Part shown: piece by piece, positions 35,978 to 38,202 of the stretch
Layout of the letters: each line of letters begins with the position of its first letter
How positions within the stretch are numbered: position 1 is the stretch's first letter
DNA from: Fibrobacteria bacterium
GTDB lineage: Bacteria; Fibrobacterota; Fibrobacteria; UBA11236
DNA: 38,202 nucleotides
Assembly (NCBI GenBank): GCA_043745805.1
Contig: JAYTSD010000048.1
Span: 1-38,202 of the forward strand
Direction: 5' to 3'
Program-made: the position numbers and the translations under genes
The notes under the pieces: generated by a model
The model's input: only the letters and a program-made list of their open reading frames with translations
What the model was told of the DNA's origin: nothing
Database searches by the model: none

Positions 35978-36006
35978 CTTGTCTGCTTTGTGTGCTTAGA
36001 GACTTT

Positions 36007-38085
36007 ATGCATTTAAGCCGCTCTGTACTTATTGTTAAACGCGCTATGGATATTAGCATAGGATTTTTTGGATCCTTATTTTTTATTTCAAGTTACCCCC
36101 TTATCGCATTATTCATCAAACTGGAATCTAAGGGTCCTGCACTTTATAGTCAAGAGCGCATTGGCATGAATGGACGTACTCCCCGCCGACGTAACAAAGG
36201 CGGCACGGAAAATGCCGATCCCTATTCCGTCTTGCGTAAAAAAGACGTAGGTGGCAAGCCTTTTATTATTTACAAATACCGCAGCATGTTTACCGATGCC
36301 GAAAAAAATGGACCTCAGTTAGCGGGTAATGGACGTGATCCACGTATCACTACCATTGGCTGGTGGCTGCGCGCTTTGCATCTCGATGAATTGCCCCAGT
36401 TCTGGAATATTTTAAAAGGCGATATGAGTTTTATTGGACCGCGTCCCGAAAGAGCTTATTTCACGGTGCAATTTGCGGAAAGTATTCCGCATTATAAGCA
36501 ACGTACTTTGCATATTCGTCCCGGATTAACAGGCCTCGCACAAATTAATTTGGGCTATGATGATTCTTTAGCGAGCGTAGTGCGCAAATCTTTTTATGAC
36601 TATTCGTATCGCGCTTCTTTTTGTTCCTTTAAAGCGTGGATTCGTTTAGAGGGATGGATAATATGGAATACTTTTGGCTATCTTCTTAAGCCGCCTAAAA
36701 AAGAAGGGGAGGTACGCGACCTCGAAACCTTAAAGCGCGCCAAAGCCTTGCCCTTTTCGGCACGTTCATCGGAAAAAGAAGGCGCTAGCAAAAAAAATTC
36801 TGTGGTTAACTTGCAAGATACCTCATTGTCTTCCACACTTTTTTCCACACACTCTTCAATTTTGGAAATCAAAAAATCAAATTCCTTTGCGAGTAAATTG
36901 GATGTGCAATTTCGCGGACATAAACATTTAGAAGTTTCCTTTACCCCAGATGTGAATTTTGATCTGGAGGACTTAGGTTTTTTAATTGAGGTGGCGCAAA
37001 AAGTAAAAAGTATTGGAGGAGCTATTAGCATTAAAAATTGTTCCTCTACGGTACGACATATGTTGGAAGAAATTCATCTCGATAAAGTGATTGAAATTAA
37101 ACGTCCGCATCGACCTGTGCAAAATTTTATGACTATAGATGTAGAGTGCTGGTTTCATGCTTTTAATATGCAAGGACAATCGCCGGCATCGACTTGGCAT
37201 CAACAGGAAACGCGCATCATTAATAATATCGAACGCATTCTCACTATGTTGCGCAAACATAATACCGAAGCCACCTTTTTTATTTTAGGTTGGGTGGCGG
37301 ATCATTTTCCCGAAGTGGTGCGCATGATTGATAAAGAAGGTCATGAAATTGGCACGCATGGTTATTATCATAAACTCATCACCGATATGACTCCATCTGA
37401 ATTCGAAGCGGATTTAATGAAATCGTTGGAAGCTATTTCTCGCCATACTTCCCAAAAAATATTAGGGCATCGCGCTTCCAATTTTAGCGTTGTGGAAAAA
37501 ACTTTATGGTCCTTAGATATAGTAGCGCGTAATGGCTTAACTTATGATTCCAGCATTTTCCCTATTCAACGCGACCGTTATGGCATTCCCCATTATCCCA
37601 ATCGCTTGCCTCATCGGATTCTATTATCTGACAATCGTCAACTCGCGGAATTCCCTATGTCTACACTGGGTGTGGGTAAAAAATTTATGCCCTTAACCGG
37701 CGGTGGTTATTTACGGCTGTTTCCACATACCGTAACCGAGATGTTTCTGGAAATGAAAAACAAAAAACATCAGCCCGTGATGATGTATTTTCATCCTTGG
37801 GAATTAGATGTAGAACAAGAACGTCACAATTTAGGCATGCTAAAAACTTTTCAACATTATGTGAATTTGCATACTACGGAATGGAAATTGGAAAGATTAT
37901 TAGAAAAATTTTCTTTTACTTCGATTCGTAGAAATATGGAAACCCGTTCTGTGGCCGCGATGTTAAATCGAAATCCCGTGCGTATACTGGATGAAATTTC
38001 TTTGAATCAACAAGAGCGGCCAATGGCTAAGCCTTTGCTTAATTTTCCGAAAAAAGATTTAGGCGAAGTGGGGATTAATATTTAA
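36007..38085 (+). CDS. Fusion: bacterial sugar (phosphoglycosyl) transferase, STAS-like domain, DUF3473-type polysaccharide deacetylase (start ATG 36007 or GTG 35992)
   Basis: KRAMDI, KYRSM, DPRIT, LDELPQFWNILKGDMSFIGPRPE; LGFLIEVAQKVKSIGGAISIKNCSSTVRHMLEEIHLDKVI; TIDVE, ATFFILGW, HEIGTHGYYH, YDSSIFP, GGGYLR, YFHPWELD. Confidence 0.9.
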   Translation: MHLSRSVLIVKRAMDISIGFFGSLFFISSYPLIALFIKLESKGPALYSQERIGMNGRTPRRRNKGGTENADPYSVLRKKDVGGKPFIIYKYRSMFTDAEKNGPQLAGNGRDPRITTIGWWLRALHLDELPQFWNILKGDMSFIGPRPERAYFTVQFAESIPHYKQRTLHIRPGLTGLAQINLGYDDSLASVVRKSFYDYSYRASFCSFKAWIRLEGWIIWNTFGYLLKPPKKEGEVRDLETLKRAKALPFSARSSEKEGASKKNSVVNLQDTSLSSTLFSTHSSILEIKKSNSFASKLDVQFRGHKHLEVSFTPDVNFDLEDLGFLIEVAQKVKSIGGAISIKNCSSTVRHMLEEIHLDKVIEIKRPHRPVQNFMTIDVECWFHAFNMQGQSPASTWHQQETRIINNIERILTMLRKHNTEATFFILGWVADHFPEVVRMIDKEGHEIGTHGYYHKLITDMTPSEFEADLMKSLEAISRHTSQKILGHRASNFSVVEKTLWSLDIVARNGLTYDSSIFPIQRDRYGIPHYPNRLPHRILLSDNRQLAEFPMSTLGVGKKFMPLTGGGYLRLFPHTVTEMFLEMKNKKHQPVMMYFHPWELDVEQERHNLGMLKTFQHYVNLHTTEWKLERLLEKFSFTSIRRNMETRSVAAMLNRNPVRILDEISLNQQERPMAKPLLNFPKKDLGEVGINI

Positions 38086-38144
38086 AACCCCAACCGTACC
38101 TACAGGTGTTGTCCGGAATTATGTTTACAAAATTCGGAGACATA

Positions 38145-38202
38145 ATGAAAGAACTGGTCAATCAGCGAAATTTTACCGAAGAATTCAAACGGTTTGTGGT
38201 AT
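38145..38202 (+). CDS. Start of next ORF (partial, unidentified)
   Basis: GGAGA SD then ATG, MKELVNQRNFTEEFKRFVV, open to the window end; an in-frame ATG also at 38121. Confidence 0.55.
   Translation, partial: MKELVNQRNFTEEFKRFVV

Noticed and set aside
3636..37260. Numerous 60-126 aa ORFs nested in or antisense to long genes (e.g. 3636..4007, 28096..28413, 32245..32625, 36678..37031)
   Set aside because: They have no recognisable motifs and lie largely or wholly over well-supported CDSs, as expected by chance.

Overview
A moderately AT-rich chromosomal window from a diderm (Gram-negative) bacterium. An FCB-group/Fibrobacterota-like origin is my impression only and is not provable here. The first ~25 kb is largely housekeeping: the 5' end of tuf with its classic Thr-Tyr-Gly-Thr tRNA cluster, an M48 peptidase, cca, trxA, ftsY, clpP, cysS, a class IV aminotransferase, a THUMP methyltransferase and an RRM protein. 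Accessory genes are interspersed: a tandem HDOD pair, a cadherin-like surface lipoprotein with an unassigned triple-repeat tip, a small-ORF/nucleotidyltransferase pair, and a peptidase-propeller-Omp85-like protein. The most notable region is 25553-38202, a + strand polysaccharide locus. It holds a 1700-aa lipoprotein fusing two glycoside-hydrolase-like barrels with a YdaL/PssB-like (DUF2334) deacetylase and a C-terminal TM helix, then a processive GT2 closely resembling Bacillus YdaM/Listeria PssC, a predicted outer-membrane barrel with an internal two-fold repeat, an FG-GAP-type propeller and wecB. A phosphoglycosyltransferase-STAS-deacetylase fusion follows. I infer a diderm version of the Firmicute Yda/Pss synthase-dependent exopolysaccharide system, possibly making a ManNAc polymer. 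No CRISPR array, transposase, integrase or rRNA was seen. All family assignments come from motif recognition by eye; no database searches were run.
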